Shown here one piece after another: positions 26,619-36,018 of a stretch of 64,000 bases of DNA. The notes beneath the pieces were generated by a model. That model was not told the DNA's origin. It searched no databases and worked only from the letters and a program-made list of their open reading frames with translations. The position numbers and the translations under genes are program-made. Location of the stretch: assembly GCA_944392145.1 (NCBI GenBank), contig CALXVS010000005.1, positions 1,045 through 65,044 on the forward strand. The letters run 5' to 3'. Source of the stretch: an uncultured Alphaproteobacteria bacterium. GTDB lineage: Bacteria; Pseudomonadota; Alphaproteobacteria; CAAHEQ01; UBA3637. Position 1 is the first letter of the stretch. Each line of letters starts with the position of its first letter.

Positions 26619-27563
26619 TTATAGTTGAACAGAATTTACCTCATTATAGCGGTCTGCTTGTTCCAGCGTATGAACCAGATTCACGATTAGCTCGTTATAT
26701 GGCACCGAAAGGTGATGTTTTTGCGCCAGCCGAACAACGGCACCGTTGATGAAATCAATTTCCGTTAAATGTCCTTTTTTTCTATCTTGCGACATGGAAG
26801 AATATCCCATCGGGTGTGTATCGGCAATTTCGCGCACAAAAGAAATGATTTCATCTGTATTAAAGCTAAATCCTTCCGCTTGGGCCACTTGCACGGCTTC
26901 ACGCAGAACGGCCGATGTGATAATACCGGCTTCGGTGTTGTGTGTGATGAATCCCATCGGTGTTTGTGTGATATATGTAAACGCATTAATGGCAATGTTC
27001 ACAAAGAGTTTTTTCCACAAAAGAAAGTCGATATTATCCACAATAGCACAGCCTAAACCCGATTTTAAGAAAACATCGCGAATCTCTTCCAATTTTGAAT
27101 ACGGAACGAACTGACTGCCGATAGACGTAATACCGATACCGCTGTGAAACACTTTGCCGGTATCTAATAAAACGGAGTTATGATTGGTTGTGCCTAAAAG
27201 CAACGGCGATTCGGGAATATATTGCGTGATAATATCTTTATTGCCCATGCCGTTTTGCAATGTCAGAACAAGCGTATGCGGTCCGATAACGGGTAAATTT
27301 TGTTGCACGGCGCCGGCTGTTTGTGTTGCTTTCACCAAAATTACAACTAAATCGACTTGTTACTGATAAGTACCCGATGCATAAGCACACAGATGATGGA
27401 ACGAATCGATATGGTGGTCTGTTTCCGTAACGGATAAGCCGTTTTGATTGATTATATCTGTTTTTTCTTGTGTATGGGTCAGTAAGATAACTTCATTTGT
27501 TTTACTGAGTTCGGCGCTGAATAAACAACCTAAGGCGCCGTCTCCGATAATGGCAATTTTCAT
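26619..27563 (-). pseudogene. panE: 2-dehydropantoate 2-reductase interrupted by an in-frame TAA (27360-27362)
   Basis: MKIAIIGDGALG...TYQ*QVDLVVILVKA in one frame, then LQNGMG, WKKL.VN..IN, SSMSQD, TEIDFING. Confidence 0.85.
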
Positions 27564-27777
27564 AATTCCTCTTTATTCCTTATCCGGTGATATCTATATC
27601 AATATAAATGATAACTTTGATTGATATTAACAGAATAATTTGAAATCGCAACACTTTTTATGCATATTATGAACGGAAGGTATTTCTTTTTGCATGCGGT
27701 AGCAGAAATCCGATAAATGCGAATCCGATTTTTTTTAATTAAAAGAACGGCTTTTTATTCACAAAAATTCAAATAGT

Positions 27778-28335
27778 ATGGAATTAAACTTTTGGAATAT
27801 GCATGTCTTAATGGCAAATGCTCAAGTTAACAATATGATTGATAAGGTTAAAGGGAGTCAAAGATTAAACCGGTCGCAAGGAAAATGGCAAGGATCAGCA
27901 CCCCTTGGATATTTAAACAGAAGAGATGAGGATAACAAAGCGACTTTGATTTTAGACCCTGTTCGAGCCCCAATTATCCAACATTTATTTGAAGCGTTTT
28001 CAAAAGGAGGCCATACAACGAAAACAATTTGGTTATTAGCTAAACAGTTGGGTTTATGTTCTAAAATGAAGAAACGCAAAGGCATTCCTGTAAGTAAAAA
28101 CACTGTTTATGACATCTTAACAAATCCATTTTATTATGGATTAATGTATTATGATGGCAACTGGATTAAACATCAATATGAACCACTTATCAATAAAGAA
28201 TTGTTTGAAAGGGTGCAAAGCATATTAACTCAAAACGGGACGCACAACCGCAATAATGTAGATGAAAATGCAGGCAAACAATGGCCTGAAATTACTATCA
28301 ATCATTTGGATGAGTTTGATAAAATGGTGGCATAA
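27778..28335 (+). pseudogene. Large serine recombinase remnant (recombinase domain only)
   Basis: GKWQGSAPLGY, LILDPVRAPIIQHLFE, ILTNPFYYG, HQYEPLINKELFERVQ; no catalytic YxRxS domain and no zinc ribbon. Confidence 0.8.
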
Positions 28336-28380
28336 AGGAATTTTATTTGTATTTTAATAAAGTTAATTTTTTTCAAATTA

Positions 28381-28409
28381 TTCCGTGTATTACCAGACCT
28401 CTCCAGCCA
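28381..28409 (+). other. Right-junction (att-like hybrid) site of segment B
   Basis: TTCCGTGTATTACCAGACCTCTCCAGCCA, matching 16277-16305. Confidence 0.65.
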
Positions 28410-28584
28410 ATAAAAAGAACACGCCGTAAGGTGTGTTTTTTTATTGACCGGATGAGGGAATGAGAGGCAACAAATGAAATGAGTTGGTTCGTTCACGAAG
28501 CGTAAGCGGAGTAGACGCCGTTAGGCGGTCCCGAATTTATGAGGGATAAATTGCTTGCAATTTACAATCCAGCCAGCCCAGCCA
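28410..28584 (+). repeat. RtT-like tRNA-linked repeat, copy 3 (175 bp)
   Basis: Same architecture as copy 1; tRNA 19-mer at 28566-28584. Confidence 0.9.
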
Positions 28585-28979
28585 AAACAGATAAGTCGCT
28601 AGAAATAGCGACTTTTTTATTATTTTACAAGCACTTAATCTGGTCCGTGTGCAAACCTTTTTAAAACACCTGTTTTTCAGCCTTACACGGACTCACGTTT
28701 CAAAAAATCATTTGTTTTCAATACTTCTGCCTTGGGATGTCAAAATTTTATCCCAGCGGTAGCAGGACGTGTTCAAACTAAATTTTGATATAAAAAATAT
28801 TCTTCCATATACCATTATTGCTATTGCCATCTTGGGAAACCCACTAGACATCTAGAAAATATCGGGAAGCCACACGGCATATCCTAGCCATAAAAATAAC
28901 TGTGACGTCGTTAATCGACTCATTTTTCAACAAGAGCCTTTGCGTGCGTGAGGCAATGAGAGGCTATGCTTGTTCAGTA
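28585..28979 (+). repeat. Conserved non-coding island leader, copy 2
   Basis: Colinear with 4933-5326; includes the 50-bp site at 28643-28692. Confidence 0.85.
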
Positions 28980-29088
28980 ATTCTCAATCTCTGTTTATGA
29001 GAAATCGAGGTTATTTTTTTTATTCCAGTATGTGACGTCCATATAATTTATTTGTTGAATATTTAATATGTTATGTTTTATTTAATAT

Positions 29089-29118
29089 TTGACATTTTAA
29101 AAAAACTTATAATATAAT
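29089..29118 (+). promoter_or_regulatory. Sigma70-type promoter of the helicase gene
   Basis: TTGACA-N18-TATAAT. Confidence 0.5.
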
Positions 29119-29160
29119 AACTGCGTATAAGTTTTAGGCTTTTCAGAAGGGTTTTTAACA

Positions 29161-32100
29161 ATGATATCAAAAAAACAAATCCAAGATATTCCAACATCCA
29201 TAAAGGATGATTTCTTAAATTTAAAAAATGCAGAGAAAATTATTGATACATTGCTGAGAATTAAATCTACTTGTACATGTTGGGAAGAGCATAAATCTTA
29301 TTATTTATTTGAGTTGATACCCGAATTACAAAAAAAATCTTTTCAAAAAACACACTTAGATGAGCAAGATATTATAGATATAAATTATATTAAAGATAAT
29401 ATGCCATCTGAGATGTATAATGTCTATTTAACACCTATTTTTCAACACATTGAACATATTGATAACGAATATAAATCCATTAAAAAGAGAAAAGAGCTAG
29501 AACAAAGGAAAAAAGAATTAGAGCATCTTGAAAAAGAAAGAGAGTTAAAAAAAAGATATTCCGAATTGGTGAAAATACAACATGAAATTGAAAAAGAGGT
29601 AGAAACACCAACAGAAAAAATTTCATCTTTTGTACAACAAACTGAAGATTTTTTTCAACTATATACGCTTCTTTCAAATCAAGGAATTCAATTTGATATA
29701 GAAGAATTTTTTTTGAAATTTAAATATAATATAGAGGACTACTGCCGAAAAAAGAAGAACCTCTTTAAAAAAATTATAGATTTTAAGAAAAAAATATCTT
29801 CCGAATCATATATAAATAAAAGAAATGCCCTATCTTTAACAAATGAATACTGTTCACTCATTAAAGAAATACAAAATGAAAAAGAATTTAATGAATGTTT
29901 TTCTGATTTTATAAATATTAATTTAAAAGATAACATTTTGCAACATAATGAAAAGTGGTTTCAAATTACAGCAAAAAAATACGCGGAACCATTCTATAAT
30001 GCTACAGGAAAGCACTTTAATATCCAACAGATGAAAGCTATATTAAATGATGAAGAAGAAGTATTGGTTGTTGCCGGTGCTGGAACGGGGAAAACAACAA
30101 CAATCTTAGGGAAAATAGCTTACTTACTAATTGAAAAAAAAGTTTTGCCTCATGAAATATTAGTTCTCGTATTTAATAAAAAAAATCAAATAGAACTACA
30201 AGAAAAGATAAAAAAACTTCCCTTTACCGATGTTGAGAAAATTCAGGTTCATACTTTTCATTCTTTGGGATATAACATTTTGGGAAAGAAAACAAATACG
30301 AATATAAGCATAAAAAATATATTTTTCGATTATATAAAAAACAAATTTGACAATACAAAATCCGAAATGTTTTTGCTAAAACTTTTTGATTTTATAACTC
30401 ATTATTCAAATAGTATGAAGTTATTTAAAGAGTTTGAACGAAGTAAAATAGCAAAATTATATCAAAGTTATATAGATGATTTAGCTTTTGAAACATTAAA
30501 CAGCCAAATCTCAAGGCTTGCAAAAAGAAATGAATCAATTTCAGGTGAGATTGTAAAAAGTTTACCAGAAGTAATAATCGCTAATTTTCTTTTTGAAAAT
30601 CATATAAGGTATGAATATGAAAAATCTTATCCATTGAATGGAAGTGAAATTTGCAAACCTGATTTCTACTTGCCTGATTATGATATTTGGATTGAACATT
30701 GGGGAGTTGAAAAAAATGAAAAAAATCAAGAATGTGTTCCTTGGTTAGATGACACACAAGAAAAAGATTATTTAAGGCATAAACAATCAAAATTAAACAG
30801 ATATAAGGAAGACAATATTAACTTAATAGAATTGTTTTTATTTCAATTTCATAATGGCACACTTGTAAATAATTTAAAAGCAGCTTTGATCAACTATGGT
30901 GTTAAAATGATACCAATGTCTGATAAAGAAAAAATAGAATGTTTAAGAAAATTATATAAGGCTAAAAAATTAGAAAATTTAGCCGAATTAATGGAGGCTT
31001 TTATTAAATTATTTAAAGCAAATGCTGGTAAATCATTGGCTGATTTAGAAAATGTGAAAAAAGAATTATTGAAATATAGCTCATTAAAATATTTTACTGA
31101 AAGGACGAAAGCTTTTATGAGTATTCTTTCTCCGATATATGAGGAATATACCAGACAATTAGGCGAAAGTTATATTGATTTTAATGACATGTTAAATGAT
31201 TCATATGCAAAATTAAAAAATGAACCTCATAAAGTGAAAGCAAAATTTATTATTGTTGATGAGTTTCAAGATATAGCAACAGATGCTTTTAATTTAATTG
31301 ATATTATTAAAAAGAATAATTTATCAATGATGTATTGTGTCGGGGATGATTGGCAATCAATATATAGATTTAGAGGAAGCAACCTTGAATTTTTTCAAAA
31401 TTTTATTTCCCATTCTAAATATGCATGTGAGTATAAAATTGAAGAAACATTTAGAAATGGTCAAAACTTATTAAATATTGCCGGAAATTTTGTAATGAAA
31501 AATCCTATGCAAAAAATTAAAAAACTTTATTCCTTACAGAAGGAAACATTTATTCAAGCTCGCATTTATGAAGATAAGAATAGCAAAGATTTTCTTTTGG
31601 TTTTTGAAAACTTGATAGATGATATTGTTGAAAGATATTCTACAACTTCAAACATTGACATTTTACTTATTGCCAGATACCATAAAGATTTTTATGATAA
31701 TTTCAATATAAATTCAAAACGTTGGAAATATATATCACCTCCTCCGAATTCTGAAAACAAAAACCATGCTCTCATGGATTTAAAACATAAAGATATGGTA
31801 CACTTTAATCTACAAACAGCTCATAAGGCAAAAGGATTGGAGTCAGACATAGTTATTATCTTAAACACAAAAGATGATATAAAAGGATTTCCAAGCAAAT
31901 TAGAGAGTGATTATTTGTTGGAATACTTTTTAAAAAGTAAAGATATTTATCCTTACGAAGAAGAGCGACGACTTTTTTATGTGAGTTTAACGAGAGCTAA
32001 AAAAGAACTATATCTACTCGTTCCACATACAAATCAATCTTCATTTATTAGAGAAATTATAGATGATATAAATAAGAAAGAATCTGAAAAAGTAAAAAGC

Positions 32101-32217
32101 ACGATGTATTGTCCAAAATGTCACGCTGAAATGATAATTAGAACACGAAAAGATGGAATAGCGTTTTATGGGTGCTCCAATTATCCACAATGTAAATGGA
32201 CACGTTCCATAAAGTGA
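29161..32217 (+). CDS. UvrD/helicase-IV-like SF1 helicase with inserted PD-(D/E)xK-like nuclease domain and C-terminal topoisomerase-type C4 zinc ribbon
   Basis: VVAGAGTGKT, TFHSLG, KSLPEVIIANFLF..YEYE..PDFYL...IWIEHWG, VDEFQD, VGDDWQSIYRFRG, HKAKGLE, EERRLFYVSLTRAK, CPKC..FYGCSNYPQC. Confidence 0.9.
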   Translation: MISKKQIQDIPTSIKDDFLNLKNAEKIIDTLLRIKSTCTCWEEHKSYYLFELIPELQKKSFQKTHLDEQDIIDINYIKDNMPSEMYNVYLTPIFQHIEHIDNEYKSIKKRKELEQRKKELEHLEKERELKKRYSELVKIQHEIEKEVETPTEKISSFVQQTEDFFQLYTLLSNQGIQFDIEEFFLKFKYNIEDYCRKKKNLFKKIIDFKKKISSESYINKRNALSLTNEYCSLIKEIQNEKEFNECFSDFININLKDNILQHNEKWFQITAKKYAEPFYNATGKHFNIQQMKAILNDEEEVLVVAGAGTGKTTTILGKIAYLLIEKKVLPHEILVLVFNKKNQIELQEKIKKLPFTDVEKIQVHTFHSLGYNILGKKTNTNISIKNIFFDYIKNKFDNTKSEMFLLKLFDFITHYSNSMKLFKEFERSKIAKLYQSYIDDLAFETLNSQISRLAKRNESISGEIVKSLPEVIIANFLFENHIRYEYEKSYPLNGSEICKPDFYLPDYDIWIEHWGVEKNEKNQECVPWLDDTQEKDYLRHKQSKLNRYKEDNINLIELFLFQFHNGTLVNNLKAALINYGVKMIPMSDKEKIECLRKLYKAKKLENLAELMEAFIKLFKANAGKSLADLENVKKELLKYSSLKYFTERTKAFMSILSPIYEEYTRQLGESYIDFNDMLNDSYAKLKNEPHKVKAKFIIVDEFQDIATDAFNLIDIIKKNNLSMMYCVGDDWQSIYRFRGSNLEFFQNFISHSKYACEYKIEETFRNGQNLLNIAGNFVMKNPMQKIKKLYSLQKETFIQARIYEDKNSKDFLLVFENLIDDIVERYSTTSNIDILLIARYHKDFYDNFNINSKRWKYISPPPNSENKNHALMDLKHKDMVHFNLQTAHKAKGLESDIVIILNTKDDIKGFPSKLESDYLLEYFLKSKDIYPYEEERRLFYVSLTRAKKELYLLVPHTNQSSFIREIIDDINKKESEKVKSTMYCPKCHAEMIIRTRKDGIAFYGCSNYPQCKWTRSIK

Positions 32218-32247
32218 CATCAATGTCACTTATTCGAAAAAGCCCCC

Positions 32248-32379
32248 CAAACACAAAAGGGTTTTACATTTTTTATGTTTCACAACATATAAAAGCGGTT
32301 TTCAAGGCATTTTTTTGAAAAATAAAATTCTACCTCGTTCATTTTCAAAAAACAAAATGTTCTATGAAAATGGAATGAC
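32248..32379 (+). repeat. ~135-bp conserved non-coding block, copy 2
   Basis: Colinear with 9746-9880. Confidence 0.75.
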
Positions 32380-32564
32380 AAAAATAAAGGTCTGCTTATC
32401 GCTTTATTTTGATGTTATTTTGAACAGATTTGCTTGACGATATTGGGACGGATTAAAACGTCGTCCTATAGTTAAAGATCTACCCATAGTTATAACTTAA
32501 AATAAGGTAAAATAAGATAAGTAAAAAGAGTATAAACTAAAACTGAACAATAGGAGTTCAATAC

Positions 32565-33536
32565 ATGCTAATTAACAGTCGACTTAATCAGCAAGATACA
32601 GCAGACAGGAGTAGAGACGTCCGATATCGTCAAGATAATAAGTCCACGTCAAGGATGATGGTCAAAACACGTTTTGGAGAGTACAAGGTAAAAAGTGACA
32701 TATTCAAGGCTCAGAGTTATAACGACTTTTTATCCAAAATGATACAGGTCATTACAACTAATATTGGAAGATTATCTTCTCATTCTACTAAATCTTTTCC
32801 CATGATTCAAATTAATCACGCCTCATTAGTGGCGGTTATTGATCATTACATACGAACACAACTTTTTAATCAAGTGTTTAATCCAATGGAAGGAAACAAT
32901 TGGCGTGTTTTAATGATTGCAAAAGTAGGGATTGTCCAGTATATCATTAAACAGATTAGTAAGGCTATTTACGAGTTACAACATAGTGTGGATATTAAGG
33001 ATGCCGTTATTGTTCAAAAAGCATTTTCCGAAGTTTCATCGTTAAAAATGAGAGAGAATTTTTCATTGGATATTGTTAAATCCATTTATGAAAAGACAGC
33101 TTACCCCTCTAATAAAGGCGAATTTGAAAAAGATTTTCTATTGTTTGCAGATAATGATACTAAAGTTGAACGCTTATTAAAAATCAATGAAAATTACCAC
33201 TTGTTTGCAGCTTTGAAATACATTAGAAACGATGGGATACTTTCTTCATATTATCCAGATTTTATGGTTAAAATTGGAGACGAAATTTATATGGTAGAAA
33301 CAAAAGCACAAAAAGATATCTACCAAGAAAATGTTATTCAAAAAAGAAAAGGGGCTCTGGATTGGTTAAAACGGATAAATGAACTGCCCTCGAAAAACAG
33401 AATGAATGCAACCTGGCATTATGCGATTTTAGATGATAATACCTTTTATTCTGCAAAAAATCGAGGGAATTCTGTAAAAGATATGCTTAGATATTGCAAG
33501 TTAACCAATTCCAAGATTTCCGGTCAATTATTATAA
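32565..33536 (+). pseudogene. C-terminal (nuclease) portion of a type III restriction Res-like subunit
   Basis: EKDF, KINE, YYPDFMVK...YMVETKA (PD-ExK); no helicase motifs and no mod gene. Confidence 0.6.
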
Positions 33537-33580
33537 GTTAATTTTTTTACTATAAATTTAGGCTGAAATCAGATAAAAAT

Positions 33581-33654
33581 CGAAGTAGAAGCCGTCAGAT
33601 GGTCCCGAATTTACGAGAGGAAAATTGCCTGCAATTTACAATTTAGCCAGCCCA
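33581..33654 (+). repeat. Degenerate 3' half of the tRNA-linked repeat (copy 4)
   Basis: GTAGA.GCCGT.AG..GGTCCCGAATTTA.GAG.G.AAATTGC.TGCAATTTACAAT..AGCCAGCCCA. Confidence 0.8.
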
Positions 33655-34339
33655 ATCACACTTAGCAAGCCGCTTTAAAATTTGATTTTTCCATATAAAT
33701 CATAAACTTAACTGAACTTAAAAATTTATGTTGTTACTGCCCTAAATATGAGTCATCTTAGGATTTTTTTAAATTTTAATTATTTTTCAATAAGTTATTA
33801 ATTTTATCATAGTTGACTATTTAGAATATTTTAATTTGATATTTTTTTTCAAGTTTTCCCCGTAGCTTGATTTTTGAAAAAAGATATTATACAATCAATG
33901 CGGAAGAACTAATGGGAAGCATTAGTTTAATTAACCTTTTTTAAGAAAGTGAGGTGGTAAAATTGTTAAACTTGATTACACCTTTATCATGGGCTTTAAG
34001 AATAAAAACAGGCTATGATTATCTTCATGCCAAAAGTTTTGATGACGCTTGCATGATTACGGCAAATTGTATTGTAAATGAATGCCTAATTTATCTGGTC
34101 AAACAACCCATTCGCAATCAATACCGATATCCATATTATTGGTAATTGCTTGAAAGGTAAATGTTATGTTAATTCATAACTAAAAAGAGCGACATATTAA
34201 ATGCCGCTCTTTTTGTGAAGTATAAAAGACTATCTTTCAATTCAAATACCGGAATAACTTTTTTTGAAAGAATTTAAAATTTTGCTTGCATAGTTTGTGA
34301 TTTACACCTATAAGTATTATATATAGGACAGGAGGTCAC

Positions 34340-34618
34340 ATGAGCTTAATCAATTTGGTCAACGAATGTATGCCGGGACAGGGGCGGGAAAGTGCTCCAA
34401 TTTGTCGTGCGCAAATCATCCATGCGGTTCAAGAAGAGATCAATCGGATTCAGGACTGTTCCGAGATAGGAGAGTATGAAAAAAACTGTTATGTTCAACA
34501 TGTTTTAAGGATAGCCAGGGAATTAGTTGTTCAACAAAAACGGCAGGCATTTATGGCAACGGCCGCCGGATTTTTAACCGAATTATCAAAAACCGTTCTA
34601 CACACTCAAAAGGACTGA
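34340..34618 (+). CDS. Hypothetical 92-aa protein, copy 2
   Basis: 90 of 92 residues identical to 1609-1887; AGGAGG RBS. Confidence 0.75.
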   Translation: MSLINLVNECMPGQGRESAPICRAQIIHAVQEEINRIQDCSEIGEYEKNCYVQHVLRIARELVVQQKRQAFMATAAGFLTELSKTVLHTQKD

Positions 34619-34856
34619 TATAAAAGATTTTGTGTGATTTAACCAATAAAGAATACTCTTTAACCTTAAGCCGACTTAATCATGAATCCGTGTGGATGAA
34701 CAACTTCTTTACAACCAAGATTTTTTCACAATATTCAAGAAATTGACTATAACCTATGACTAATTTTTGTTCTTTTTTAATAAGACTGGACAACACTTGA
34801 AAATTATGTCACAATAGAGTGTATTTGATTGAATCGTTTGCAATAAGAGAAGCCCG

Positions 34857-36017
34857 ATGGAAATTCACGAATATCAAATCAAAGCCCTTTTAAAGAAAAA
34901 CGGTCTTCCTGTTTTGGAAGGCGGTATTGCTTATACACCGCAGGAAGCGGAAAAAACCGCCCAAAAAATGAGTTGCTCCGACTTTATTATCAAAGCCCAA
35001 ATTTTCAGCAATCATCGCACACAAGGATATTTTCAAGATGCCCCAACCTCGTCCGAAAATGGCTTGAAACGGGCAAAAAATGCACAAGAAGTTGGTGAAG
35101 TCACCGCAAACATGCTGGGACGTTCTTTAATTATGCCTGATTCCCCCCATGTTGCCCATAGGATACAAAAGGTTTATATTGAGGAGTTCTCTCCTTTTGA
35201 GCATTCTTTTTCTCTGTCATTTTTCATTGATCGGCAAATACAAGGGATCGTTTGTGCGGCCAAAACAGCCCAAGGGAAATTACTGCGTTTTGAATTGAAT
35301 AATCGAAAAATAACGGCCACAACCATACACCGCATTATCTCTGCCGTTCAGTTTCCCAAAGATCAGACACCCCGTTTAAACGACTTGATTCGTCAATTAC
35401 ATCGTTTTTTTATAACATACGACGCTTTAGCATTTGAAATTGATCCGATTATCCTGACACACCGGAACGATTTAAAAATTTTGGATGCACGCATCATATT
35501 TGATTCGGATTCTTTATTCCGTTATCCCGATATCGCGGCTTTGGTGGAAGTAAAACCCGGCCTGGAACGTGAAGCACAGGCTCATATGAATAACTTTCGC
35601 TATATCCGTTTAAAAGGGAATATCGCCTGCCTGGTTAACGGAGCCGGATTAGGCCTGGCAACCATTGATGCTGTCCATGACGGCGGTGGCGCCGTTTCCT
35701 GTTTGCTGGATGTCGGGACGGAACCTTCCAAAGAAGCTGTTTCAAAAGCCTTTAAACTGGCGTTATCGGAACCCGACATTGACGGTATTTTGGTAAATAT
35801 TTTTGGCGGCATTACACGTTGCGATATTATTGCACAGGGATTGATTTCAGCGTCAAAAGAAATTTCTGTCGGCATGCCGATTGTTGTGCGAATGGACGGA
35901 ACAAACGCCCTGATCGGTATGCGCATGCTGTTTGAATCACACTTACCGTTCATTGTTGTTCGGGATATGAATGAAGCCGTCACAACCGTTATTACCAAAA
36001 CACGGGAGATTTCCTAG
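34857..36017 (+). CDS. sucC: Succinyl-CoA synthetase beta subunit homolog (divergent ATP-grasp domain)
   Basis: MEIHEYQ.K, KAQI, VYIEE, LDAR..FD, GNIACLVNGAGL, NIFGGITRCD, VVRMDGTN. Confidence 0.85.
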   Translation: MEIHEYQIKALLKKNGLPVLEGGIAYTPQEAEKTAQKMSCSDFIIKAQIFSNHRTQGYFQDAPTSSENGLKRAKNAQEVGEVTANMLGRSLIMPDSPHVAHRIQKVYIEEFSPFEHSFSLSFFIDRQIQGIVCAAKTAQGKLLRFELNNRKITATTIHRIISAVQFPKDQTPRLNDLIRQLHRFFITYDALAFEIDPIILTHRNDLKILDARIIFDSDSLFRYPDIAALVEVKPGLEREAQAHMNNFRYIRLKGNIACLVNGAGLGLATIDAVHDGGGAVSCLLDVGTEPSKEAVSKAFKLALSEPDIDGILVNIFGGITRCDIIAQGLISASKEISVGMPIVVRMDGTNALIGMRMLFESHLPFIVVRDMNEAVTTVITKTREIS

Positions 36018-36018
36018 C

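Larger units (their letters stand above)
16477..28409. mobile_element. Accessory segment B in the tRNA-Gln tandem array
   Basis: Lies between repeat copies 2 and 3. Ends with a serine recombinase remnant and the same right-junction sequence as segment A. Confidence 0.7.
28585..33654. mobile_element. Decayed genomic island segment C
   Basis: Same leader as segment A, very AT-rich cargo, ends at a degenerate repeat copy. Confidence 0.7.

Noticed and set aside
4757-33654. CRISPR array or integron attC interpretation of the recurring repeats
   Set aside because: Units are ~175 bp and separated by 5-12 kb. No cas or intI-type tyrosine recombinase gene and no RYYYAAC/GTTRRRY attC ends were seen.
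4933-33654. Prophage, retron or DGR in the accessory region
   Set aside because: No capsid, terminase or tail genes and no reverse transcriptase (YxDD in an RT context) were found.
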